DNA of 63,891 nucleotides, counting the filler, from Octopus bimaculoides (Eukaryota), in NCBI RefSeq assembly GCF_001194135.2. It is 6 parts of 5 records of this genome, joined end to end, with 100 filler letters (N's around TTAATTAATTAA, not from the genome) between each part and the next. Parts side by side here need not be neighbours in the genome. Positions count along the whole stretch, not along the records: positions 10,978 to 37,058 come from NC_068981.1; 5 more parts are not named here. The stretch is one strand, 5' to 3'. The notes beneath the pieces were generated by a model, which was not told the DNA's origin, did not search any database, and saw only the letters and a list, made by a program, of their open reading frames with translations. Shown piece by piece: positions 12,506-24,310 of this stretch. Each line of letters begins with the position of its first letter. Positions within the stretch are counted from its first letter, which is position 1. The position numbers and the translations under genes were made by a program.

Positions 12506-13234
12506 TGTAAATTTCATGCTTAAATCGAGAAAAGAATAAAAATTATATATATAAAAAAAAAAAACAACGATCGCAATGACGCTTGACATTCTACAGTCTC
12601 TTTACTGGTGATCCGCTCTCTTTGAAAGCCAGCATAATCTTGAGAATCAATTACTCTCCACATACGTTGTTGTTTTCTTTTTTTTTTTTTCTTGTTTTTG
12701 CCTGCTGTGTTAGAAGTGTATCGTCATTAAATTAATACCGTTCTTTGCAGTTGATTAAATTTAATAAAACATTTTGCCGCATTTGCATTACCAGGTTAAA
12801 TTACAGAAACGCGTAGAAATATATTCACTTCTTCTCGTCATAAACATACATCTTTTCTCAAATTACTTAACCTGCTATTTCTCTTAAGGCTAATTGTGTT
12901 AGTTTAAACCTGTTTATAACCGTCGACATATATTCACAAGAACGTGTGATTTTATGTGCTTGTATTTATGTATTTGTTTGAGTGTATTGTTGTGTTGTAT
13001 AAAAGAGATAAATGTAGCAATTTGTTCATGAGAAGATGTAAAACACCACTAACAATAAGTGAAATTCAATTAGTCAGGATAAATCAGGAAAATATTCGTT
13101 TCTGTTAATTGCCCCGAGGAAAGAGCACATACACTTTTACGCCGATATATAAAGGAAACTAAACAAGATAATTAAGAAGAGAAAGAAAGAGTGAAGGAAT
13201 AGTAATAATACATCTGAAAACAATTATAAGAATC

Positions 13235-13235
13235 A

Positions 13236-13300
<65 letters not shown>
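13235..13300. repeat. (TAG)n microsatellite
   Basis: Direct. Confidence 0.95.
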
Positions 13301-13302
<2 letters not shown>

Positions 13303-13966
13303 CTGCAGCCGTAGCAATAAATAGAAAGATGAAGAGAAAAGAAAGTTAAAAATGCTAGAAGATGCAAAGAACAGAGGAGGAGGAGGAGGGGAATCGAAGG
13401 AGGAAGGGAAGGAGGATAAAGAAATGGAAAATACGACAAAATTTACAATGGCATTTAGACATGGCGAACACGATATTAACCTTCAGTTATTGGTTAGTGC
13501 TTTAGTTTGTTTTACCTCTTATAGCTACAGTGGTATTGAAATGCTAATTTGAGTTTCTGCATCATTGTTCCAACGTCGATAGAAATGTATAATACAGGGG
13601 TCAAATCAATCGATGATATCCTTCCCTTAAAACGTTGTTGACTAGTACAAATACAAGAAATCCTTACGAACCTGGGCGTAAATTGACCAAACGCACTGAA
13701 TACAGAATGTTGATTTCCTGTAATCATGGTAAAGAGATCTTTAAAAGAAACTGTCTTTTGTCGTAGTAAAAATGTGCAAGCATTCTTGTGTAGCCTCAAA
13801 CTTTCTAGATAATTTAAAATATCTCTTATTCTTCATCCATGCATGACTGAAGAGACAAGATAAAAATTGTTTAAAAATCTCAGATGTCTTATATGTATAT
13901 AAGAAATATTTTCATGAAACGACATAAACACTTAAAGAAAAAACTAGACAATGTTTGGTACTGTAA

Positions 13967-14130
13967 AGCACGCCGGTTAAAATGCTTAGCAGCATTTCGT
14001 CCAAAATCGACTTTACTGTTCATCCTTTGGAGTCGATAAAATAGTAACAGTTCAACACTGAAGTCGTTGTATTCAACTTTACCCCCTCCACCGAAATTAC
14101 TGGCCGAGTGCCAAAACTCTGAAATCATTA
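13967..14130 (+). mobile_element. SINE family 2, internally deleted
   Basis: gcacgccgg..aaatgcttagc..catttcgtcc / tcgacttt..catccttt.gagtcgataaaata motifs shared with the 19950 and 34683 copies. Confidence 0.7.
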
Positions 14131-14655
14131 CTACTACTACTACTACTACTACTGATGCTGCTGCTATGTCTACTGCTGCTATTATTATTTTTTATTACTA
14201 TTATTACCCTTATTATTGTTCTTCTTCTTCTTCTCCTTCTTGTTCTTGTTGTTGTTGTTGTTGTTCTTCTTCTTCTTCTTCTTCTTCTTCTTCTTCTCCT
14301 TCTTCTTCTTCTTGTTCTTGTTGTTGTTGTTGTTGTTGTTGTTCTTCTTCTTCTTCTTCTTCTTCTTTTTCTCCTTCTTCTTTTTGTTCTTGTTCTTGTT
14401 GTTGTTGTTGTTGTTCTTCTTNNNNNNNNNNNNNNNNNNNNNNNNNNNNNNNNNNNNNNNNNNNNNNNNNNNNNNNNNNNNNNNNNNNNNNNNNNNNNNN
14501 NNNNNNNNNNNNNNNNNNNNNNNNNNNNNNNNNNNNNNNNNNNNTTGTTGTTGTTGTTGTTGTTGTTGTTGTTCTTCTTCTTCTTCTTCTTCTTCTTCTT
14601 CTTCTTCTTCTTCTTTTTCTCCGTCTTCTTCGACTTGATGTTGTTGTTGTTGTTC
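14130..14655. repeat. Compound trinucleotide tract (ACT/TTC/TTG)n
   Basis: Direct; source of the poly-S/C/L/F ORFs. Confidence 0.95.
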
Positions 14656-15023
14656 CTGTTCTATTTTCTGTTTTATATCAAGTTGAGCCGTGTGAAAACT
14701 ATGGACCAGTAGCTGTTTTGTGATGATGTCACTTCGCTACCACTCGTAAATGATAGTCTATGGTATACGTACGTGCCCACGTGCACGCACACACACACAC
14801 ACTCCCACGCACACATGCGCGCATGCGAATTGAAGAGATCAAAATGTTAAAAAACATAGACTTTTGTACCACCAAATGCATTGGAAACGAAAGTCTACGG
14901 AGTTCAATAAGCACTATTGCCTCTTCGGCTTATAATATCATGACACTATATTTTTGCTGTATCTGTCTCTTGTTTACGTTGGTAAATATATATATATATA
15001 TATATTTGCTTAAATATTCTCAG

Positions 15024-15174
15024 GTCCTGTTGACGAAGAAAGACCCGTTGGTGAACACAATATAATACGAATAGAAAGAACCTACAGATCCACATTATGG
15101 GGCCTTGCTGGCTCCTTATTTATTCTTCTTATTGCGGCTGTAATTGTTCTTGTGGCAGTGTGTCGCTACTACAG
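15024..15174 (+). CDS. Internal exon encoding the transmembrane segment of a single-pass type I membrane protein
   Basis: Acceptor tattctcag|, donor |gtgagt; phase 1 to phase 2; (G)PVDEERPVGEHNIIRIERTYRSTLWGLAGSLFILLIAAVIVLVAVCRYY(R), with a ~23-residue hydrophobic helix followed by basic residues. Confidence 0.85.
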
Positions 15175-15309
15175 GTGAGTTATTAATTTTTACTTTAAGT
15201 GTACTCATTTTTATATCTATACGGCTAATATTTTGCTACTAACGTGTTAAAAATAAAGATAACAATAGGTAAAAATCTTCGGGTAAATGGTATGATGAGC
15301 AAGTGTTTC

Positions 15310-15985
15310 TATTGTACCGAATCTGTAATAGATCTGACGAAATCATTGCCCATATTATGAACAAACGTCTTTGACCTGCCCAACACCAATATAAGATGTG
15401 GTGACACGATGAGGTAGCGAAAGTGCTGCACTGGAAACTGAGTGGGTTTAGAGAGAGGGAAGACATTGTACGAACACAAACCGCAGAGAGTGATTGAATC
15501 GGAGACCTAGAAAATCCTGTGGGATTTCCCCATTCAAACAGAAAGGTGTTTGAGCACCACAATTCGAACATAGTGATGGTAGACAAGGTGAACTACATGT
15601 GCTATATAATTTATGGTGCTTGGCTCTCTGATCCACGAATAGTCAAGACGAACCGCGAAAATATGGACATATGCAACTCTCTTAAATATGAGATAGCTCG
15701 ACGGTGAAAAATGAAAAAGGTGAAGATAGTACAAATATTTGTTGGGTCATTGGTGACAGAATCAAAAGGCATCGAAGGGTAAAATACAAATGAAATAGGA
15801 ATAGAGTACCCAGAAGTGTTGTAACCAAACATTTACCTCCTTTACACGGTCAGAATCATCAGGTAACTATTAGTTGTAAAGGGAAAACATGGTATACTGT
15901 AGGCTGCAGGTAGCAAGCCCGCTACGTATTTCAAGACTACATGAGCTCCAACACAACTTGAATTAACATAATAATAATAATAATG

Positions 15986-16046
<61 letters not shown>
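15310..16046 (+). mobile_element. R4/Dong-type (RLE) non-LTR retrotransposon, decayed 3' end with (TAA)n tail
   Basis: RICNRSDEIIAHI, HDEVAKVLHWKL, YEHKPQRV, KILWDFPIQT, NIVMVDK and LKYEIARR motifs with stops and frameshifts; (TAA)n at ~15967-16046. Confidence 0.85.
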
Positions 16047-16329
16047 GCAGTACACACGCACACACACATATATATATATAGATACATACATAATATACGA
16101 AAGTATGCATTTTTCATATAGATGTTGTCATACAAACACTAAAAGCGCATACTCGTGAACAGCTAATGAAATTATAATTTAAGGAATTTCATAATTTTCT
16201 TTGAATTTCAGAACAGAATTTTGAATATATAGCATTCCTGCATGTAAAGAAAAAAATATTGATATGGCATATATTCTCATTCTTAATCATTCATTCTAAT
16301 TTCTTAGTTGTAACTTGAAATATAAACAC

Positions 16330-16346
16330 AGCAACAGCAACAACGA

Positions 16347-16403
<57 letters not shown>

Positions 16404-16520
16404 CACTACCACTACTACTACTACTACTACTAGTACTGCTGCTGCTGTTGCTGCTATTGCTGCTGCTGCTGATAATGATGATGAGGAGGATGATGAGGAT
16501 GATGAGGATGATGATAATCA
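16330..16520. repeat. (ACT)n/(GCT)n/(GAT)n compound trinucleotide tract
   Basis: Direct. Confidence 0.95.
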
Positions 16521-16530
16521 CAATAATAAA

Positions 16531-16638
16531 AATTATTCTAAATGTTACCACAAGGTAAACAATTTGGGGGATGGGGTTAAGTCGATTATATCTACCCAGT
16601 GTACAACTGGTACTTATTGTATCGACCCGACAGATGAA
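16531..16638 (-). mobile_element. SINE family 2, 3' fragment abutting a LINE
   Basis: cacaagg..aatttgggggatggggttaagtcgatta...actggtacttatt..atcgaccc. Confidence 0.75.
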
Positions 16639-16639
16639 A

Positions 16640-17090
16640 TAGAGAATAGGAAGCTGGACATAGTCTTGATTGAGAAACAAAACAAACTATGCTGGATCAG
16701 CTGACAGCAAGGTATGCGATAAGGAAGAAAGAAAAGTCGAGAGATATGACAGGTTAGCTTGGGAAGTTAAGCAGTTGTGGTCGATGAAAAAGGTAGCAGT
16801 AGTACCAATAATTGTCGGAGCCCAGGGAACAGTGAGCAAAAACCTCGAGAAGTACGTGGAGCAAATAGGGGCTGCAATAAAGGCGGAGCACTTGTAGAAA
16901 ACAGCACTGCTTGGAACTGCGCGAATACTCCGGAAGATGCTCGAAAAATAAGAGGTGTTACCTTAGTTCACTGATAGTGAACAGCTGACACCGTATTACA
17001 TCTTCAGCGTTAGAAGCTGTGCAAAGGCAATAATAATAATAATAATAATAATAATAATCATAATAATAATAATAATGATAATAATAATAA
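16640..17090 (+). mobile_element. R4/Dong-type (RLE) retrotransposon 3' end with (TAA)n tail
   Basis: RKLDIVLIEKQNKLCWI, KEERKVERYDRLAWEVKQLWSMKKVAVVPIIVGAQGTVSK and KTALLGTARILRKMLEK*, then a 3' UTR and (AAT)n. Confidence 0.9.
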
Positions 17091-17127
17091 CAAAAACAAG
17101 AGTAACAATAATAAAAAGATAAAAATG

Positions 17128-17385
17128 TAGTTTGAAGAAAAATTTTAAAAAGATTTAGAAGAAGAAGAAGAAGAAGAACAAGAAGAAGAAGAAGAAGAAG
17201 AAGAAGAAGAACAAGAAGAAGAANNNNNNNNNNGTTTGAAGAAAAATTTTAAAAAGATTTAGAAGAAGAAGAAGAAGAAGAAGAAGAAGAAGAAGAAGAA
17301 GAAGAAGAAGAAGAAGAAGAAGAAGAAGAAGGAGGAGGAGGAGGAGGAGGAGGAGGAGGAGGAGAAGAAGAAGAAGACAGTACAT
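17128..17385. repeat. (GAA)n/(GGA)n tract duplicated across a 10-N gap
   Basis: gtttgaagaaaaattttaaaaagatttagaagaag appears on both sides of the gap; probably an assembly overlap. Confidence 0.85.
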
Positions 17386-19825
17386 GATTTAGACACCATA
17401 TCAGGAATCCTGAAATGTGGAATCCTTTACGATATCGGTCTAGTCTAAATTACTAGAAGTATCAGTGGAATGTAACTTGAACTCTTTCTTACTTCCATTT
17501 AAAAATGATTGCAATATGAGAAGTGGAAAAAAAAGCAATAAAAAAAATGGACGAGCTCGGCTAGAATGTCTTTGGTGATAGATTTGTTCATACAGGACTA
17601 ACGTCAGATTAAGCAGTATCAACAGAACACAACAACGTCAAAGTATGAGAGAGAAAATTATCAAGATAAAAGCAGGAGGACATATTCTAAGTTTCAACAG
17701 ACACAATTACCGTAAAAAGTATTAATCATACTTTTTCTCAAAGGAATATTGTCCCTGGCAAATTAAATAGTCTATAGATATTCGTGCGACAAGTTTATGG
17801 TCAGGCAGAAAGCATTAAATATGTTCTAATCATGCCTAGGTATTTTAGTTCATTTGTATGATTATTGTCTCTTCCTCGTTCACTGTCTATATTTCACAGT
17901 TCGTATTAGAGTGCATTTTTCTAGTGAGGAAACAAATATTACTTTTCCGCTAATATTATACTCTGTAGGCATTCCACTTACTAAATGTGGCTCGATATTA
18001 ATCTACTACGAAACAACTAAATTATTGAAATGCATTACACAGTTTGACTCCGCATTCACCAATTGTTACATTTTGTTCTTTATAATAATTTTTATGTACT
18101 TTTCTTGCAAATTGAACAGAAAACGAAAGAATTACTTGTTACTTGCTATTTTGGTGGGGTGAATGTAGTATGATTTCCAACACTCGACCAATTACCAAAA
18201 TTTATTATCCTTCTAATGTACTTTTTACAATACCCGTTTTGAAATAATGGACTTCACTTTGATAGATGCAGTTAGATCAAATGGTTTAAAATGTAGTTAT
18301 CCCTAGCTTGAATTGCCATCACTAGCAATCCAATCATAAACATCAAAAGAATAAAATCAATAACAACTTCAGGAAATTATGTTACAAAATTTTTGAGAAT
18401 AGTGTAGTTGTTGAAAAGAAAAAGAAATATAACACATTATGTTCATTTGCACACAAAGTATGTAACATTAAGCCCTGTCGCAAATCAAATTATCTGTTAA
18501 TCTATTCTGATAACTGTACTTCAACGAAATCGAAGAGAGTAGCAGAACAGAAATTATGCTACTGACAAGGAAATACTGATATGCAATTTCGCGCTTCATT
18601 TAAAAGAAATCTAACCTTGAAAGGTAAATGAATCTAATATGACCTCACTTCCTGTGACTAAAATATAGTGGTTTTCAGGAAAATTACGAGTTTAGTGAGT
18701 CACTATTAAAGATTTGGGTTATGACCGAAACTAAATAAATCGGAAGAAATCGTTTGTTTTACAAACTTTTTTTGCAGTCACCAGAGGAGTAAGAGAATAG
18801 ATTTTATTAGGAATTAACCGACCCTTGTTGCACTCTTCTAATTTCACTTTCATAAAATTATATGAAATTAATAAAGAATGAATTGTGTGCATGTCACTTC
18901 AATGCAGCATATCCTGCTCTCGATTTTTAGCTCTACATCACATGTTATCGAGTAAACTTAAATATAGTCTTTAAAGTCATGTCATTGACGTCATATATTT
19001 AGAGATGCATAGTATATTTAACATTATCGTAATTAATAAACGTTTCATAAAACGTTAACTCTGAAGCGTAACCGGTAAAAGAAAATATCTGTCAATGATT
19101 AATGCATTTTACTATTACCGAACATAGCTGCAGTCACGTTTTAGACGTAATAGGACCTCATCAAAGCAGAATATCTTCAACCATACATTCCATAATAGTA
19201 GTGAAACAATCACAAAGTAAATGTATTATTTATGATGTCTATGATATCTAAGTGTCATATATAATAAATGTAAAGCGCTGATCTCTTTATGAAGCTAGAT
19301 CGTGATCTGAAGGAAATTTAGTTACAATTATTAATAGAGTGATCGACAGTGTAAATATTCTCTTGCTGTTTCGATTAGTCTCAATATAACGTGTGTGTGT
19401 GTACTTATGCTCGTGGTCTTTTGCTGAAACAGATTCACCATTTCTCCAGTGTTTCCCTCTAAAATAATATGGGTATATTATTGTTAGTGGCCTGGAACTG
19501 ATTAAGGATTAAGAATTCCAACATCTTATCGTGTCGCTGTAGTGATACTTTACTCATGTCACCAACATACCCTTGCATCGTTGTATATAGACCAGTAGAC
19601 TGGCTTTCAACATTTTGTAGGACTTGTCTCAAAGACTTCTCAATTCCTAGAACGTTGATTCAATCTACATAGACCGTTCACAATGTCTGTTCCATCTCAT
19701 TATGTTTTTTATCTTCCTATTATATGAGTCGAGGATTGTCATAGCGACTCGAGGGTTTAAGGCAGTTTTGCTGTTATCTCTATTGTTATTACCAAAGCTA
19801 TTGCAAGAAAAGCAACAAACACTAT

Positions 19826-19887
<62 letters not shown>

Positions 19888-19949
19888 TATAACTATATTT
19901 TTAGTATTACTAGTACAATTCGCAATATATGCTTTATTATTATTAATTT

Positions 19950-20320
19950 GAGGAAGCGAGTTAGCAGAATCGTTAGCATACCGGACAAAATGCTTAGCGG
20001 CATTTGGTCCATCTTTACGTTTTGAGTTCAAATTCCGCCGAGGTCGACTTTGCTTTTAATCCTTTCGGAAACGATTAAACAAGTACCAGTAACGCATTGG
20101 GGGTCGATGTAATCGACTTACCCCTCCCCTGAATTTTAGGATTTGTGCCTATATCAGAAAGGATTATTATTATTAATCAAATTTCGCCGAGGTCTACTTT
20201 GCCGTTCATAATTTTTGGCTCGATAAAATAAGTACCAGTCGAATATTAAGTACCAGTTGAGTACTGTAATCGACTAGCCCCTCTTCTAAAATTTCAGCCC
20301 TTGTGAATTTAGCAGAAAGG

Positions 20321-20325
<5 letters not shown>
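19950..20325 (+). mobile_element. SINE family 2: near-full copy followed by a 5'-truncated copy, each with an (ATT)n tail
   Basis: gcgagttagcagaatcgttagc...gagttcaaattccgccgaggtcgactttgc...agtaccag...ggtcgatgtaatcgact. Confidence 0.85.
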
Positions 20326-20359
<34 letters not shown>

Positions 20360-20668
20360 ATTATTATTATCAAAATCATTGACATCTTCATCGTTATCAT
20401 TTTCATTGCGAATGTTACTATTATCATCATTTTTGTCAGCTCTCCCATAACCACCGTCTCATGGCTGGAGACAATTTTGAATTAAAGTTGTGGCTCTGGT
20501 TAGGGCCAGGATTGCTGTATTTCTTATATATTTTACAAGAGAGGGGTATATTGCTTTCGTCCTGGTGGCGTTTGTTGTTGCTGTTTTTATTATTGTCATT
20601 ACTGATGCGACTCGATATTTCTTATGCTTTTTTTTGTTTGTTTTCTGATGACATTTTTATTGCTGAGT

Positions 20669-20830
20669 GATTACAATACCCTGCGAAAGCAGGGTATTGT
20701 AACAACTCGTCTTTGTCTGTCTGTGTGTTTGCAAAATTACTGGAAAACGGCTGAACGGATTTTCACCAAATGTGGTACAAATACTCATTGGGTGAGTGGC
20801 TCTAAATGATGAACATTTGCTTTATCTTCA
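20669..20830 (+). mobile_element. Helentron-associated (HINE/DINE-1-like) non-autonomous element fragment
   Basis: Perfect hairpin ttacaataccctgc-gaaa-gcagggtattgtaa, then gtctgtctgt and aaacggctgaacggattttcaccaaat, a layout typical of these elements. Confidence 0.55.
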
Positions 20831-21559
20831 AACACACATAAATACACACATTGATATGCAACTATGTGTGTGTGTGTGTGTGTGTGTGTGCAGTGAGGGT
20901 TTCATTTATTTACGAATTGATTTCTTAATTTCACCGGAGTATAAAAATCTATAATGGTGATACTTAAAAAGGATTAAAAAAAAGCTTAATTCAGTTCAAT
21001 CAAGAAGCACAAGTAAGCAATGCATTGTAAGCCACTCTATAATTTGTGAAAAAATTTGTCTGCGCGCAGGGTATGCATCACCCGGCCGATGCATTTTTTT
21101 TTCATTACTGTTGTAATTTTGGTGGTGATCGTTGCGGTAGTGTTTGTGCATATTGTCGTTATTGCTGTTATTATTTCCTAGATTCAATGCGGTAAGTGGC
21201 AGAATCTTTAGAGCATTCCGCTCTTTAAGTTCAGAGTTGAGATCCCACCAATTTAATCTTTAAACTTTCATAAAGTGCCAATGAAATAGTAGAGTCTATT
21301 TAATCATCTAATCCTTCCCCATAAAACTGTTGGCTGATTGGTTGAATGACTAATCAAGCAATCAATTAGTTAATTATTTAATGAATTATGAAGTTGACTT
21401 ATGATAATAATTAGAAACCATTATTTCTTAGTTTCCATCTTATATTATATATGCTATTTTTTGGAAAAAGAAAATTCAGTCAATTCATTTTAATGATCTC
21501 CTAAAATGTGGCATATATTAGTGGTATTTTTAACTGTGTCATATATACTAGTGTTGTTT

Positions 21560-22090
21560 GTTCGTTTATCAAGGCGAAAGATTCTGGTTGGGTTCATTCG
21601 GGCAAAATAATTTTGTCAATGTTGTCAAGCTGTTTTCCTTTCTCTCTGTTTAGCTATTTTCCAACTGCTGTTGCTGATGTCTGATCTATTTTAGCTTGTT
21701 CGTTTTTGCCCCGGTGTTTCTGCTGGATGACATCCCAGAGAATTGCATTATCAGATGGTGTAAGGGCATTTGTTTAGTACATGTATTAAAGTTTTTTTTT
21801 TCTTTTTTCGTATAAGCTGATTTCTGTGTAAATTCTTTTTTTAATGATGAACAATATTGTCTGTTTAAATTTTTCGCCTTAGCATTTGATGAGATTGTAT
21901 TTATTATGGCCCAAGTGATGGAGATCGTATACAGCCTGAATGTGATAGATTCTTTTATGAAGCGTTCATGTCAAACGGTTATTCTGATTTTCAGGGAGTA
22001 GAACACTGTCAAAATGTCTTTGAAAACATTACTTTTCATTGTGACTTTCCTGTTCGATGACACTGTTACCTATCGGCTTTCCTCTCTCAC
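21560..22090 (-). mobile_element. Possible heavily decayed retroelement fragment
   Basis: Weak resemblance of YTISITWAII..SN..K..LNKC to Penelope C-termini; many stops. Confidence 0.25.
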
Positions 22091-22850
22091 CTCATTGATA
22101 TATATACATTGATATATAAACAGTATGCATAAAATACTTCAGTTAGCTTCTGAATTTTAGAGGGCTATTATTTTATTTCAGCCTCCAATAATTTCTTCCA
22201 TTGCTTTTCATTTGTTGACTTAATATTTTGCTGGAAAATTCAATTGAAGATTACTGAAATAAATTGCATAAAACTTGAAGCTATTTGATAAAAACATGAC
22301 GACTGAAAATAAACAACTGCAGCGATACGCCACATCAATCAGCAGGGGGCTGTATAAACCTATTAATTCAATTACTCGTACATTGAAGCATTAAATGAGA
22401 GATCAAATTCTTAATGTTTAAGAATCGAAATGGAACAAAACGCAGCTCAGTATTCAAAAGCAAAAATAAAATCGATAATCTAATCACTAGTCATTTGAAT
22501 AGCAAAATTCTTGAGAGAATTTGCGTCATCCTAGATGCTTTTTCTAAAATCATGTCACTATCCATGTTGAGTATTGAATGAAATTACTCAGATCGTTAGA
22601 ATGAAATGCATAAGGTTTATTTCACTTCCATTACTTGAGACTCGTTCGATGATTCAAGCATGTTAATCAGTTCCTCAGAAAGTCACATAATAACTGCATG
22701 ACATTTCAGATGAAGAATAGTTACTTCGTATCGAGTGACGTTAAAACAGATTCTATGCTGGGTTAGGGTTAGCGTTAAATATACCAATCTAAATTCTTTA
22801 AAACTCTTATTCTGAGTCTTAAAAATGAAAGAATTCGGAAAAGACTGACG

Positions 22851-23071
22851 TTAATATTGGTTTCAAATTTTGGCATGGGTCCAGTAAATTCGGGGGAGGG
22901 GATAAGTTGATTATAACAGCCCCAGTACTCAACTAGTACTTCTTTTACCGACCTCGAAAGAATGAAAAGCAAAGTCGACCTAGCCGAATTTGAATTCAGA
23001 ACATAAAGATTGGCGAAATCACCATCAGCATTTTACCCGGTGTGCTAAAGATTTTGCAGATCTCCGCCTTA
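22851..23071 (-). mobile_element. SINE family 2, full length
   Basis: Reverse complement of the family 2 consensus, from head (aaggcggag) to 3' end. Confidence 0.85.
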
Positions 23072-24232
23072 CCCTTGTGTTAATATAATAGACAAGACCA
23101 CATCCCACAACAGCGATGCCTTTCAACATGGCTCGGTCGAGGAAGATTACAAACTCATTAAAATACAAATAATAAATAGCGTAAAAATAAAGTTCGCGTC
23201 ACTCCACTGGCATAGCTATCTGTAGTTTGGCAAGTCAAATACTACCATCCCATTTCGATATTAAGTATGACAGATAAAAAGGAAACTGATTTAATGCAAT
23301 ACAATGTATCATAAAATCGAGGGAATATCTTACAGAATTATAAAGAAGATTTTAAAAAATATAATAAAATTAACAAAACGGTTCATAGATTTCTTTATAA
23401 TGTTTACTGAAAAAGGAATAAGTAAATATTTGACTATTTAAGTGAGTGGTCTACTAGTATTAGCCATTTTGGGGGAATGGTACACACTACTTAAGTGTTT
23501 AAAATTACATAAAGTTAGTTTGGTAACCTGGGTATGAATAAGTAGTAGCTGAAAGGAACCACTTCAATTATTTTATATCTCCACTTTATATTAATAATCC
23601 TATACAGATTATCCTGAAGTGTTCCTAACAGAATAATCTCACATTATATTGTTCCGGTGTAACACAGTTTAAAAAAAAAGAAAAAAACATTGATGTCTTT
23701 CTCACCTCCGAATCTAGCCTTTATTCTACTACTAGCCTTTATTCTACTACTAAATATCATAAAATATTCCATATTCATATATTGCACACAACAGGCGAAG
23801 TGCATATGTGATGTATTACAGCATTTACTAAGAAAGAGAAAACGTGATGAAAATAAGATTTTACTTCAAAAATGTTTGATTTTAACAAATGACCAGCACC
23901 ATTTCTATAACAGAGAAACTCTAGTGATTGTAAAACTTCAAAATCCCCTTAATTTTGACAGAGAATTGTATGATATAACTTACTTTTGTGAAAATCTTAA
24001 TTTTTACATGTTTGTGTCTATGTGAAATTGTGTGCTTGGGTATTTCAGCTCTAAAATATTTTAAGCAGTAAAAAAAGAAAACAATTACTGTGACAACAAA
24101 AATAAATCGCGAGAGGAGTTATACTTAGATTAGTTTTCTTTTGTTTGACATTTCATCATGATTTTTTCTGAGTAATTTCCCTTTTCTGTATTTGTGGTTG
24201 TTCATTTATTTGTTGTTAATTTTCTTCCACAG

Positions 24233-24310
24233 GAAAAGGTTACCGAAAAGAAGAAATAATCCTAACTTTCCATTTACAGAAGAAAATGTCTCTTTATATG
24301 AAAAAGAAAA
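24233..24310 (+). CDS. Internal exon encoding the cytoplasmic juxtamembrane segment of the same membrane protein
   Basis: Acceptor ttaattttcttccacag|, donor |gtaagt; phase 2 to phase 2, in frame with 15024-15174: (R)KRLPKRRNNPNFPFTEENVSLYEKE(N/K). Confidence 0.8.
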
